A DNA stretch of 64,000 bases from the human T2T-CHM13v2.0 reference genome, Homo sapiens (GCF_009914755.1 NC_060942.1); one strand, 5' to 3'; positions 47,847 through 62,612 are shown, counted from the first letter of the stretch. The notes: generated by a model from the sequence alone, not told the origin. Numbers and translations are program-made.

Positions 47847-49200
47847 TGTGTCTGGAATTGGTGGGTTCTTGGTCTCACTGACTTTAAGAATGAAGCCGCG
47901 GACCCTCGCAGTGAGTGTTACAGTTCTTAAAGGCGGTGTGTCCGGAGTTAGTTCCTTCTGATGTTCAGATGTGTTCGGAGTTTCTTCCTTCTGGTGGGTT
48001 CATGGTCTTGCTGGCTCAGGAGTGAAGCTGCTTATTGCAAAGAGCGGAAGAACAAAGCCTCCACAGTGTGGAAGGGGACCCAAGTGGGTTGCCACTGTTG
48101 GCTTAGGCAACCTGCTTTTATTCTCTTATCTGGCCCCACCCACATCCTGCTGATTGGTCCATTTTACAGAGAGCCAATTGGTCTGTTTTACAGAGAGCTG
48201 ATTGGTCCGTTTTGACAAGGTGCTGATTGGTGCGTTTACAATCCCTGAGCTAGACACAAAAATTCTCCATGTCCCCACTAGATTAGCTAGATACAGAGTG
48301 TCGATTGGTGTATTTATAAACCCTGAGCTAGACACAGAGTGCTGATTGGTGCATTTACAAACCGTGAGCTAGATACAGAGTGCCGATTGGTGCATTCACA
48401 ATCCCTTAACTAGACATAAAGGTTCTCCAAGTCCCCATCAGATTATCTAGATACAGAGTGCTGATTGGTGCATTCACAAACCCTGAGCTAGACACAGGGT
48501 GCTGATTGGTGTGTTTACAAACCTTGAGCTAGATACAGAGTGCTGATTGGTGTATTTACAATCTCCTAGCTAGACATAAAGGTTCTCTAAGTCCCTACCA
48601 GACTCAGGAGCCCAGCTGGCTTCACACAGTAGATCCCGCACTGGGCCACAGGTGGAGCTGCCTGCCAGTCCTGTGCCGTATGCCTGCATTCCACAGTTGT
48701 TGGGACCCGGCGCCTTGGAGCAGGGGGCGGCACTCGTAGGGGAGGCTCGGGCCACGCAGGAGCCCAAGGTGCGGGGTGGGGGAAGGCTCAGGTATGGTGG
48801 CCTGCAGGTCCCGAGCCCTGCCCTGTGGGGAGGCAGGTAAGGCCTGGTAAGAAATTGAGCACAGCAGCTGCTGGCCCAGGTGCTAAGCCCCTCACTGCCC
48901 AGGCCAGAAGGGCCCGCAGGCCGCTTGGAGTGCGGGGCCCGCTGAGCCCACCCCCACCCGGAACTCACGCTGGCCTGCAAGCGCTGCGGGCAGCCCCGGT
49001 TCCCACCCGTGCCTTTCCGGCCACACCTCCCTGCAAGCTGAGGGAGCCGGCTCTGGCCTCAGCCAGCCCAGGAAGGGGTTCCCACAGTGGAGCGGCAGGC
49101 TGAAGGGCTCCTCAAGTGCCACCAGAGTGGGCGCCCAGGCAGAGGAGGCACCAAGTGTGAGCGAGGGCTGCGAGGGCTGCCAGCACGCTGTCACCTCTCA
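47847..49200 (-). mobile_element. 5' LTR12 (1354 bp, internal R/U5 deletion)
   Basis: Homologous to the 3'LTR but lacks ~190 bp. Confidence 0.95.
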
Positions 49201-51342
49201 CTGTGACCGCTGTCGATTTATGGCCTCAAGAGCCTCGGTCTTGCAGAGGGACCACGCCAGGACCTCACCCACCCAGAATCCGCAGGTGGGGGAGTCCGCC
49301 TCCCCAGGACAGAGGCCCCACCTGACCCTGCGGGCCTCAGGCCTCCTGGACCCCGTCCCCTTCAGGGGCCTAGGGGACAGCAGCCCCTGGTGCTCAGGGA
49401 GCACCTCCCAGAGAATCGCTGGGAAAGTTGTTCCTCAGTCCTCACCCCGCACCCAGGCTCAGCTCCCCAACAGCCCCTGTTACTGAAAGGCTGGGGGAGC
49501 CCCCAGCATCAGGAGCCAAAGGGGAAATTCTAGAGCCAGGCCCAGGAGGAACAAAAATAATTAAAGGCAACAACAGCTCACACCTAGCACTAACCTGTGC
49601 CAGGCACTATTCTAAGTACTTTACATGTCATTACTCATTTAATTCTCAGAGTCTTTGGGGGGATATTATCACTGTTTTACAACTGAGAAAAGTGAGGTAC
49701 ACGGATCTTAAGTCTCTCTGGGTTTCAGTTTCCTAAAAATTCAACGGTTTTGAAAGGGAAGTGCCCTAGAAGTCTGCATGTGAATGGGATCAGAGGACCT
49801 GTGACTCAGGAGGGAGGCTCTCCACCCCTCAACATGTTAAGGATACATCATTATGGAAATGGGAAGGAATTTCATGGTGAGAGTCAAAGTGCAGGGGGCT
49901 TGCCAGGAGAATGTATTTTTGGACATGCTGGGGGACAAGAACGTTAGAAAAATGGCATCTAATGAACTGGAGTGCAGTGGTGCGATCACAGCTCACTGCA
50001 GCCTCAACCTCCTGGTCTGGTGCAAGCCTCCCGCCTCGGCCTGCTGGTGGTCTTGATGGTGGGGAAGGAAAACTATATGCGATTGAGGGGAGGATGAAAA
50101 GAACACCCATCACAGGACTATTCACAAATGGGAGACAGATGCAACCCCGACACCTGGGTCTTCAAGTCGTTCTGCCCCAGCATCATTCCAGAGTCTAGCC
50201 CCGCCCTCCTGGTGCTGTCTTGTCCCAAGGCCCTGCTGCCTGGCCTTTGGGAACACTGTAAGGTGCCACTGCTCGCCCTTGCCGCGGTCCTCTGCCTGAC
50301 CTGTTCCCCAGCATGAACCTCCCCTACCATATGCCCAGTTTGGAATTCCATGAGGGGGAATGTGGGAGGGAACTTAGAAGAAACTGTTTTAAATAACAAG
50401 CTAACACTCTCGAGGACAGTCTAAAAAGGCTTTCTTTAATGATTAAGCCTGGGAGAGTTAAGACTGAAGGAAGGACTGGAAGAAGGAAAATGAGGATTTG
50501 GATGAGACTACAGGTGAATTTCCCGCAGATGGAAGCGCTGGAGAGGGACGCCGAGCAGCTCTGCAGCGCCCATCGGCAGGATCACCAGGCAGGCTGGGCC
50601 TCCATCCATGGGTGCCTCTGGCTCCCTATCTGTGCAACCGGACGGCCATCACCCCTCACAGAGTTGTTATGAGGCTCCAAGGAATCCCTGTGTATGAATC
50701 TCAGCACAGTGCCCGACTTGTAGTAAGTGCTCTATTTTAGTATTATTTTTACTTTGAAACAAAAACTTGCAGAAAATTGGGGAAAAGAACAGGGGAGAGC
50801 CCATGGGAACATCCAGCCTGACTGCTTCCCTTTAAGGTGAGGAGACAGCGCAGAGAGCTACTCTCCCAACCGGCACCTGAGTGGACGCTCCCACCAGGGC
50901 CTCCTGCCCCCAACAGCCCAGTCCTTTCTTTGCCGGTGAGGCACAGTCAGGATGGTCCCACAGCACTCCTGGGGGCTGAGTCTGACCACAGCGCAGCACC
51001 TGGGTAGTCCACACAGACCGTCTGCACCCCAGTCAGGGTGCTAGGGATAGACAATCCAACTCAAAATAGTTTAAGCCTACTCCCCCGCCCAAAAAATGTA
51101 CTTATTCATGTAGCTAAGGCGTCTGGGATTGGTAGAACCTGAAATGACTCCATTAGGACACTGTCTCTTCTGTGTTCTTTCCTTCCCTTCATTCCTTTTC
51201 CTTCCTTTCCCTCCATCTCTCCCTCCCTCCCTCCCCTCTCTTTTCTTTCTTGACGGGGTCTCACTCTGTCACCCAGGCTAGAGTGCAGTGGCACAATCAT
51301 GGCTCACTGCAGCCTTGAAGTCCTGGGCTCAAGCGATCCTCC

Positions 51343-52166
51343 TGAAACGGGAAAGGTTCTCCTGTCCCCCTCGCAGGGTGTGCGACATGTGGAGTGGCTC
51401 GGTTCTCCAGTGCCTCGCTGCTCAAATCTTTAGGGGAGCATACAGACGGGCAGGCTGTGGGGCTCCAACCCCACTGCAGTGTCTAGGGGTGAATGTTTAC
51501 AGCTCCTGAAGTCCCAGTGGACGTGTGTTACAGGGTCTTTTAGTTTGCCCTCTATAGGCGGTTTGTGTTAAACAGCTCAATTAGACCCTCTACCTTGTCC
51601 CAAGGATAGAGGGTTTTCTGTATCCCGGGTTCTTGCCTTGGTGTACTGGAAGATTCAGATCACAGGTGAGCTTGGAGAATAAGTGCAAAGTTTTACTGAG
51701 TAGAAGTAGCTTTCAGCCAATGGGGGAGCCAGAAGGGAGATGGTTTTCCCCTGGAGTTTGGCTGCTCAGTGGCCCCAGCTCCCTTCCAACGGCCCCATCC
51801 AAACTCCGCATCATTTCGCTGATTCATGGCCGGTCTGCCTGCCTTCCTGCCGGGTGGTGGGCTCTCGGGTCTCAAAGACCAGCTGCTTGTCTTTTTCCTC
51901 CAATGTATTCCTCCCGACTTCCAGCTGCTTCTGTGTCTGCCCTCTAGGGGGTCATGGGTTTTTATAGGCCCAAGATGTGGGCGTGGCAGGCCAGGGTAGT
52001 CTTGGGGAATGCAACATTTGGGCAGAAAAATGCCTGTCCTCACCTAGGTCCGTGGGGGTGGAGCCCTAGCCAGGGACCACAACTCTCCTCTACCCAGCAC
52101 TTCCTTTCCCCTTTTCCATATCATTTAAAGGGGCCACGCTCTTCCCTTTCCAGCATTTCAGTGTCA
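51343..52166 (-). mobile_element. Solo ERV1 LTR (LTR1-like) inserted in an AluJ (51240-52330)
   Basis: TG...CA termini, TSD CTCC; Alu sequence resumes on both sides. Confidence 0.9.
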
Positions 52167-52457
52167 CTCCCACCTCACCCTCCTGAGTAGCTGGGACCAC
52201 AGGCATGTACACCACACCTGGCTAAATTTATTTTATTTTTTTGTAGAGATGGGGGTCTCACCATGTTGTCCAGGCTGGTCTTGAACTCCTGGGCTCAAGG
52301 GATCCTCCCACCTCAGCCTCCCAAAGTGCTGAGATCCTCTAGGTTTCTTTGGGTTCATTCTCAGCATTCTTTGGGTTCATTCTCTTCATGTGGGGTAAGG
52401 TGGCCACCAGCAACTACAGGCTCACATGGTCCTCGTGTTTTAAAATGCAGGTTTTCT

Positions 52458-52811
52458 GGCTGGGCACCGTGGCTCACGCCTGTAATCCCAGCACTTTGGG
52501 AGGCTGAGGATGGTGGATCACAAGGTCAAGAGATGGAGACCATCCTGGCCAACATGGTGAAACCCCGTCACTACTGAAAATACAAAAATTAGCTGGGCAT
52601 GGTGGCGCATGCCTGTAGCCTGTAGTCCCAGCTACTCAGGAGGCTGAGGCAGGAAAATCACTTGAACCTGACAGGCAGGGCTTGCAGGGTTTGGTGGAGC
52701 TCCGCAGAGCTTGGAGTGTTGAGGTCGCGCCACTGCACTTCCAGCCTGGAGACAGAAGGAGACTCCATCTCAAAAATAAACAAATAAATAAATATAAATA
52801 AAAAAATAAAA
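52458..52811 (+). mobile_element. AluSc-like element with a small internal insertion
   Basis: TSD aaaatgcaggtttt. Confidence 0.92.
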
Positions 52812-52825
52812 TAAAATGCAGGTTT

Positions 52826-54095
52826 TATTATTAGTATCAGGTATGGTGAGGCCAACAGGTCAGGAGACAGCTGCCGTTGAAGAGATTGTTACCCACAGTT
52901 CCCAAGAGGAGGGGTCACACTGCACCACAGAGGGCCACCTGGGGAAGCAGGAGTTGGCCAGGAGGCAGAGGATGTAAGGGGAAAATGTGGGCAAGAGCCG
53001 TCATTGTGATTTTCATGGGAAGGAAGGGGCAAGGTAGGTAAGCAGGTTTAGCAGGTGTAGGATTGGCCAGCTTGAATAATTTCAGCAGGTTCTGGGATGT
53101 AGGGGCTGCCCTAATTGTCTGATGTCTGTGAAATGGGAGAGTTCCCTGACCCCTCTTGAGGATGTGTGACAGCGGTGTGGCTTGTGTGTTTGGTCACAGT
53201 ACGCTGAAACCCCTATGGGAGGGGGAGCACGCAGACAGGCAGGCTCAGGAGCATGTGTTACAGTGTGCTCTTTTAGCTTTGGCCTCCATGGATGGCTTAA
53301 GTGTTAACCAGTTCAGTGGACCCTCTGCTTTTCACAAGGGCAGAGGGCCAGTGTCACAGGTTTCTATATCCCAAGCTCTTGTCCATTGTCCTGGAAGAAT
53401 CAGGTCACACATGAACTTGAAGGGTGGTGAATGCAGGGGTTTTATTGGATGGTGGAGGTGGCTCTCAGCAGGATGAATGGGGAGCTAGAAAGAGAATGGA
53501 GTGGGAAAATGATCTCCTGGATTTTGGTCATCCAGCAGCCAAACTCCTCTCTAACCGCCCCCAACTGAACTCCTCTTGGCGTTCAGACGCTCCTTTTCTC
53601 CTCTCTGTCACACCCTTCTGCCGTTCTTCTGTTCTTCTGTTCGTCTTCTCATCTCCTTTTGGAGCCTAGGATCTGGGGTTTATATGGGTACAGGATAGTG
53701 GGGTATGGCGGGCCACAAAGACAAATTTTTGGGCGTGAAAACAGGAATGCCTGTTTCCATTTAGGGCCACAGGTATCCAGGCTTCAGGGTGGGGCCTTTG
53801 CTGGGGGACTGCCCTCTTCTACCCAGTATTTCCCTGTCTCCTGTCTGTATCTTCTGGGCCTGGGTGAGCAGGGCAGGTCAGTAGTGCCCCAAGTGTGAGA
53901 GCCCAATAAAGGAGGCTGCTGGGGAGTACAGGGTCTGGACTGGTTCATGTGCATGTGAAAGGCACACCAGCAGGAGAATCTTTTGCTATTTCTAGGAATT
54001 AGCTATCCCTGGGAGGGCAGTCTCTTCAAGGTCAGCAAGGCTCCAGATGTCAAAGTATCAAAAATATAGAAAACAAGAAGTCATACTTAACACAC
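52826..54095 (-). mobile_element. MER74-like ERVL LTR split by a nested LTR
   Basis: Minus strand reads tttgacatctggagccttgctgacc...cccagggatagctaattcctaga. Confidence 0.65.
53129..53852 (-). mobile_element. Solo MER52-like ERV1 LTR
   Basis: TSD TCTG; minus start gatacagacaggagacagggaaatactgggtagaagagggc. Confidence 0.85.
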
Positions 54096-54134
54096 TTCAC
54101 AATTAGCCACCTCAGTTAAGAATTTGACTCTCTT

Positions 54135-56352
54135 GGCTGGGGATAGTGGCTCACGCCTATAATCCCAGCACTTTGGGAGGCTGAGGGAGGAGGATTGCTT
54201 GATGCCAGGAGTCCGAGATCAGCCTGGGCAACATAGCAAGGAGATCCCTTGTGTCTACAAAAAGTTTTTTAAAAAAATTAGCCTGATGTCTGCAATAGGC
54301 TACTTAGGCAAGCCCTCCATAAAAGTCAGAGGAGAGCTCAGTACAGAGCGAAGAGTGACATCAAATGAGGACTGTGGGAGCCAGATTTGAAAACCCAATA
54401 ACAATACTCAACTTTTTAAAAAAGATAGTGAAGTGGTCTTCATTGATTTTGATTTTCACCACCAAGCCAATCATGTGAAGGACAGAAGCTTTTGCCATGG
54501 GCCCCTCACATCAGGGAAAATGACCTTCACTGCTGTTAACAGTAATGTGTCCCTTTCATTTTCTGGGTCAAGCCTTCTCAGCGGTGGGTCCGGATGTGGG
54601 TAAACTAAGGTAAAGGGGATGATATTCCACAAACTATGCACACAGAAAATCGTGGAGCCTATCAGACCCCAAGGTGTCTTGAAATGTTTGTAGAAACCCA
54701 CTAAAATGCCCGCGTCTCTGGGTGTGGGCCTTTATTGCTGCTGTCTCACAGCCTGAGCTGTAGTACACAGAAATGGGGGTTCTCCCTTTATTTTCATTTT
54801 TTCCCCAATGGCAGCTTTTCTCCCATTGTTTTACCTTCCTACTTCCCAAACAATTCCTCTTATTTTGTCTTTTGCACCAGTTTCTGGAGACCCTTGTTAT
54901 TTCAAAAAGAAGAGTCTCTTTCCTGGCAAACCTGTGAGTGATTCCACAAATGTACGGTATTACTTAGCTATCTGAATTATGGCAGAAAAGGTCCTAGTAG
55001 GTTCCTATACAAAGCATTTGGAAGATGACCTTGTTGCCCAATGAAACTTGAAAATAGGGATTCTGGGGTGAGGATACAAAGACATTGTCTTGCATATCCA
55101 TAAGCAGGTCTTAGAGCATTATTCCGAACTCTAGCTGTTTCAGTAGTTCTATGAGGATTGCAAATCATAGGTGTGTGTGGCATATCAGTCCATCTCCCTC
55201 ATCTCCATTGGCAGTTTCTTCCCCACAAAATTTTGAATCAAAGCTTTTATATGACGTTTGCCAATTGCAGAACTTCTTTAGCTAAGGTTAATTTGATGCT
55301 ATGATAAAATTGAGAGATGTCAAAAAGCCTCTTAGAAGTTTTAATCTTGAAAGACATTTCAGGATATCTCATTTTTTAGGTAGGGGTGACAGATGTATTT
55401 CTTTTTTTAACAAATAAAAGGCATTTAGGTCAAATTCAAATGAAAAAGTAGGCCTTTTGACATTCTGTACTTGCTGGTTCTGTCCCTGTGTCTGTAACAA
55501 ATCTCATTTTTGTTACCAAGAACTGTATGAAAGAAGTAAATCTGCCCCGATTCTGTATGATTAATTCCATCTGTGTTTGTCCTTTCTGCCCGGAAAACTT
55601 ACTTCCATACCTTGTTTGATATGGAGGACAAATAATTGGATTGTCTGATAAGTCTGCTAATAAACTATCCAGAAACAGCAGATGTAATAGTCCCCACTAT
55701 ACGAATCTTATGTTTTGTATAAACACTAACATTTTCCCCTTCTGTAGTGGTATGAAAAAACAAATATTGTTAGCATGGTAGATAAATTGTTATGAAATAC
55801 CAGAAAGAAAAAAAAGTATATCTTTTAACTGAGAACAAGCAATACCCAGATAAATGACTGTATCAGGATTTCATTTGCATGTTAGTCCACAGAGTTGCCC
55901 AGAACCCTACATTTATTCACAAGAGAAAATATTGATAATTATTGGTCATTCCTTGTAAGTGTAGCTGTTGATGTGTGTGTCTGATTATTGCTTTTTTAAT
56001 TTCACAAAAATTGTGTAAAATTAAATATTTTTCCCTCAGGGGAGAAAAAAACATCAAACAAACAAAAAGAGAAACATCTAAATCATCCTTTCTTTTATTT
56101 TTTGGTTTTTAACCACTTTTAGGTTTTCCCCTTGCAGAAACCACAGAAATATTCCCTTAGAATAAAATAGTATATTTGTAAAAATTAGCCCGGCATGGTG
56201 GTGCATCCCTGTAGTCCTAGCTGTTTGGAAGGCTGAGGCAGGAGGATTGCTAAGCCCAGGAATTTGAGGCTGCAATGAGTTACAGTCATGCCGCTGCACT
56301 CCAGCCTGGGTGATAGAGTGAGATCCTGTCTCAAAAAAAAAAAAAAAAAAAA
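54135..56352 (+). mobile_element. AluJ split at its linker (54135-54285 and 56180-56352)
   Basis: Left and right arms separated by a 1.9 kb insert; duplicated aaaaattagcc(t/c)g. Confidence 0.88.
54286..56179 (+). pseudogene. 5'-truncated processed retrocopy made only of an mRNA 3'UTR (parent tentatively RNF38)
   Basis: Repeat-free AT-rich sequence; AATAAA at 56161-56166, 14 nt before the A run; 13-bp TSD. Parent identity is from memory only. Confidence 0.75.
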
Positions 56353-56394
56353 GTCCAGGGGAGGATCTGATTGGCTCATGTGTGTCATATGCTC

Positions 56395-57005
56395 AATATC
56401 AAATGCTGGCAAGGATGTGGAGAGGCTGGATCGCTCATCCGTTATTGGTGGGAATATAAAATGGTACTGACACTCAGGAAAACAGTTTGGCAGTTTCTTA
56501 AAAAATTAAGCAGACACTTCCCGTATGACTCAACAATGCCATTCCTGGGTATTTATCTCAGAGAAATGGAAGCTTACATCCACATAAAAACCTATACATA
56601 AATGTTCATAATAGTTTCATTTGTAATAGTCCCCAAAAAGCCAATCTCAAAACGTCACCTATTGTATGATTCCATTTATATAACATTCTTGAAATGAGAA
56701 AATTAAAGGGGGGAGAAGAGATTACGAATTGCTAGTTAGGGATGGTGGGGGTGGGTAGGGTAGCACGCGGGAGATCTTTGTGGGCTGGAATAGTTATCTT
56801 GATGGGTGGTGGGTACAGGAAGCTGCACACTGAAGAAATAGCACAGCACTATACACACATTGTATCAATGTCAATTTCCTGGGATGCTGTTGTACTGTAC
56901 TTGTGTAAGAAGTAACCACTGGGCATAGAGGGGGTGAAGGTTACATGGAACCTCGCTATACTATTTTTGTAACTTGCAATCTATATTTATTTCAAACTAA
57001 AAAGT
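56395..57005 (+). mobile_element. Old L1M 3' end
   Basis: tgctggcaaggatgtggag...tttggcagtttcttaaaaaattaa. Confidence 0.78.
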
Positions 57006-57364
57006 AAACAAATACTGGAGAACACTTAGCCGTGGGGGGAAATTATACCATTCTGTGGGGACTCAGGCAGTGCTAGGTGAATGAACAAATCCCAGTTGCC
57101 CTTGGGGAAGGGTGGGACAGCTGCCTCTATTTCTGCCTGTGCACTGAGAGAAGAGGGTCTGTTCTGTTCTCCCATCAATCCCAGTTGCAGCCATAACTGT
57201 GCTAAGTGATAAGCTTCAGACTCATCCATCTGGGTCTCGCCCCTCACTCTGAGCTCAGGGTGGAAAGAGAGGCCCATAGTCCCACCTCCAGGTGCATGCG
57301 TAATCCCTTGCGTAGGGGAGGAGTCTTAAAGGCACCATTGGCCTTTTGAAATGAGAAAGTTCAC

Positions 57365-57525
57365 CCGGCAAGTGGCTCACGCCTATAGTCCTAGCTACTC
57401 AGGAGGCTGAGGCAAAGGATTGCTTGAGGCCAGGAGTTCGAGGCTGCAGTGAGCTATGATTGTGCCACTGCGTTCCAGCCTAGGCAACAGAGGGAGACCT
57501 GACTCGAAAAAAAAAAAAAAAAAAA
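57365..57525 (+). mobile_element. FRAM/Alu monomer
   Basis: Single right-arm-like monomer with A tail. Confidence 0.85.
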
Positions 57526-57816
57526 GTTGGTGGAATTTTATTCAGCCAGCCAAAATGAATCCAACATAACAACATAGGAAATACTTCGGATGGTCAGTGA
57601 AACAATTAGGAGACAGTTTTATGTGCTCCATGTCTGTACCTATATATAAAATACGAATATCTGGATAAAAACAGGAACAGAATATGTCAAAATGAACACA
57701 CCGTATCATGCTTTTATGACCGTAGGATTAAGGGTGAGTTTTCGTCTTTTGCTCTTCAAACTCTTCATGAAGTTGCTTGTGGTACTTTTTTTTTAGTTTT
57801 TAAATGTATAACTTGA

Positions 57817-59437
<1,621 letters not shown>

Positions 59438-59914
59438 CCTGAACCATATTATTTCCCCTCATTCGAACATAAACTCAGCATACCAAAGGCAATTTTTGCC
59501 CATCCCCCCCTTTTTATTACTTTTTCTTTCTGTATCGGTACATAATACTTTAAAAAAACAAACAAACAAAGGGAAAAATCCCAAACAAACAAGCAAATAG
59601 ATGTGCGAATACTGTGATTGCCAAACAACAGGCAAATGAGAATCCTGCAGGCAGAGGCTCACCTGGTCCAGCCACCTCCCTCACCCTAAATCTGTCTTCC
59701 CACTCACTTCCTAGTAAAACGAAGGACTCACCTCCCTTGCCACTTACCAAGCATTGCTCTGCAGTCCAGGCTAGTAGGCAAGTATCTGTTTCATGTTGGT
59801 TAATCAGTTTTGGGAACAGATCTCAATGGGTTTCTGTTAGCAGCTAGGGGCATCTCCTGCTCTGCTCTTGTCCCATTTCCTCCCAATAAAGTAGACTAAC
59901 TGTTCTTTTCTTGT

Positions 59915-60240
59915 TGCTTTAAAATTTGTAGTTGACATGTAATAATTGCACATGTTTATGAGGTACTGAGTGATACTTCCATACATGTCTAAAATGTGTA
60001 ATGAACAAATGAGGGTAATTAGCACATCCATCACCTCAACACCCATTATTTCTTTGTGTTGGAAACGTTCAAAATCCTCTTTTCTAGCTATTTGAAAACA
60101 TAAATTATTGTTAATTCTAGTCATCCTGCAGTGCTATAGAACATTAGAACTTGCTCTTATGTCACTGCAACTTTGTATTCATTAACCAACCTCTCTCCAC
60201 CCTCCCCTCCCTTTTACCCTTCCCACACTCTTGTAACCAC
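59915..60240 (-). mobile_element. L1MA-like 3' end
   Basis: gttgacatgtaataattgcacat...tagcacatccatcacctcaaacacc. Confidence 0.75.
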
Positions 60241-61020
60241 ATTTCTTGAAGTGGACTAATTTTTTAACAATATAGGCAGCCTTAGTTATAACTAAAGCCG
60301 AATTCCCTCCCCTGCAGAGGGAGCCTGCCCTGTCCAGCCTGCCCTGTACTGCCTGTCCATTTGCAAATAAGATAAAATCCCGAAGTCTCTTGGGGCAATT
60401 AAGAGCTTCCAAGGCCTTCAGTGGAAAGCTGAGAGACGCCCCTGGCTGTGGAGGCTGCCCAGTTCCAGTCTGGGTCCCACCCTTGCTTGGCACCCTGCCT
60501 TGCCTGTTCTGAAAGCTGGCAGCATCTGGGTGTGGCTGGCCCCAGACACCCTGGGAAACAGGACTGTACTCCAGGACCCCAAAGGTAGGGTGCCATTAGG
60601 GACAGAGGATGTCCCAGCAGCGGGAAAAGGAGCAGGTGAACATTTGTTAGAGGCCACTGCTCTCTCGAATGTCTCCTGTCATTGGTTTAGCTTAAACTGT
60701 ATCCCTTTCTTTTCTGGGCCTGGTTGTGGCTCCTGGGAACAGCCATGGTGTGGCTGACTGAACTGGATTCTGCCCCCCAGGCCGGGCAGACCCTGGTTAC
60801 TTGGCCCTGAAATATTAGAAAGCTGGGAAGAAGCCCCAGATCTCAGGACACCCTCACCCTCGGTATCGCACTAGAGCCAGGTCCTTGTATTTGGTGGATG
60901 GCAACTTCTCAGTGCCTCAGTTTCCCCATGGGAGCTGGGTACAAGAACCACCTTCCCTTTCATCATAGGATGCAACAAAAAAAGTCAGATCAGGATGGCA
61001 AACTCAGGTGCCTCCAATGA

Positions 61021-61296
<276 letters not shown>

Positions 61297-62194
61297 AGAT
61301 TTCTTTCCTTGAAACCTGAAGCTCTTTTGGCTTAGCTTAGATTTCCTAGCCTTTTGGTAGAGACATAGGTATGAAAAACACCACTTGCCTTCTCAATCCG
61401 GCTCTAAGGAAGACTAGACACCCAGTTGACTGTAGCTGCCAACTGCTTCAGGCCTCTGTGGGGGCAGGGGTTGGGCAGAGTGGGGCCGTGGGGACGGAGG
61501 GGGCGATGCCACTTCCAGGGGGCAGCAGCAGGCCATGGCCAGGCAGGAAAGCAAGCCTTTCGCCGCCAGGGCAAACTTTTCAAGACAAGTCAGAAACCTG
61601 TATTTATTTATTTATTTTTACATTTCTCAATGTTTAAATGCTGGCAAATGATTCAAGAAAGTTTCAAACACTTTGGGCCAATCAAAACAGGTCTGAGGGC
61701 CAGATTTCAGCCTCAGGCTGCCAGTTCACTGACCTCAGACCCAGACCTCTTTGGAGCCACGTGCCGGCTGGCACTCGGCCTGCTGTTTCCACAGGCCGTG
61801 GGGAAGGTCCGCAGTCCAGCCCTCCCGCCCCTCAGCTGTCATTCTGTGAGAGACACTGAAAGATTTCATTTTGAAATATAAATGTACTAAGGATTTTCTG
61901 CAAGTTTGTCACCCACCTTTTCCACCGTTTTTCAGCAACAGCTTGACATAGCTTAAGTGCACATGGTTGACTGCAAGCTGAGCAGGTCATTCGTCTCTAG
62001 TCCTCAGTTCTATCATCTGTAATGTGAAGGGGTCCAACTAGACACTCATCCAGCTCAAACCTTCACTGGCTCCAAGACCAAGTTTGGGGGGTGGGGAAGG
62101 AGTTTTTCTAAAGGTAATAACTTCACTCATGGTTTTAGCTGAGTCTCTAAGAGTGCACTGCAGAGGTAATTTTAAATCTCTAGTAGTCACATTA

Positions 62195-62612
62195 AAAAAA
62201 TTAAAAATTAGCTGGGTGTGGTGGTGGGTGCCTGTAGTCCCAGCTACTCAGGAGGCTGAGGTGGGAGGATTGCTTGAGGCTGGCAGGCAGAGGTGGCAGT
62301 GAGTTAGATCACGCCACTGTACGCCAGCCTGGGTGACAGAGACAGACCCTGTCTCAAAAATATATTAAAAATTTAAAAAAAATAAAAATTAAAAATAAAT
62401 AGGTAAAGTTAATGTTAATAATGCATTTCATTTAATGCAACATATAAACATATCAGTTCAATATGTGATCAATATAAACATATTAATGGGATATCTTACA
62501 TTACTTTTTCACCCCAAGTTTTGGAACTCCAGTCTGTGTCTTACACTCACAGCACATTTCAGGCACTCCATGGCCACCTGTGGCTAGTGGCTACCAAATC
62601 GGAAAGCGCAGT
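62195..62612. mobile_element. AluJ right arm followed by a MER33-like hAT remnant
   Basis: ttacactcacagcacatttc...gccacctgtggctagtggctacca. Confidence 0.65.

Larger units (their letters stand above)
38529..49200 (-). mobile_element. ERV9 (HERV9/LTR12) provirus with two LTRs, defective
   Basis: TG...CA LTRs, TSD CTGT (38525-28 and 49201-04), PBS-Arg, gag, pro, RT, RNaseH, env TM and PPT. Confidence 0.97.
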
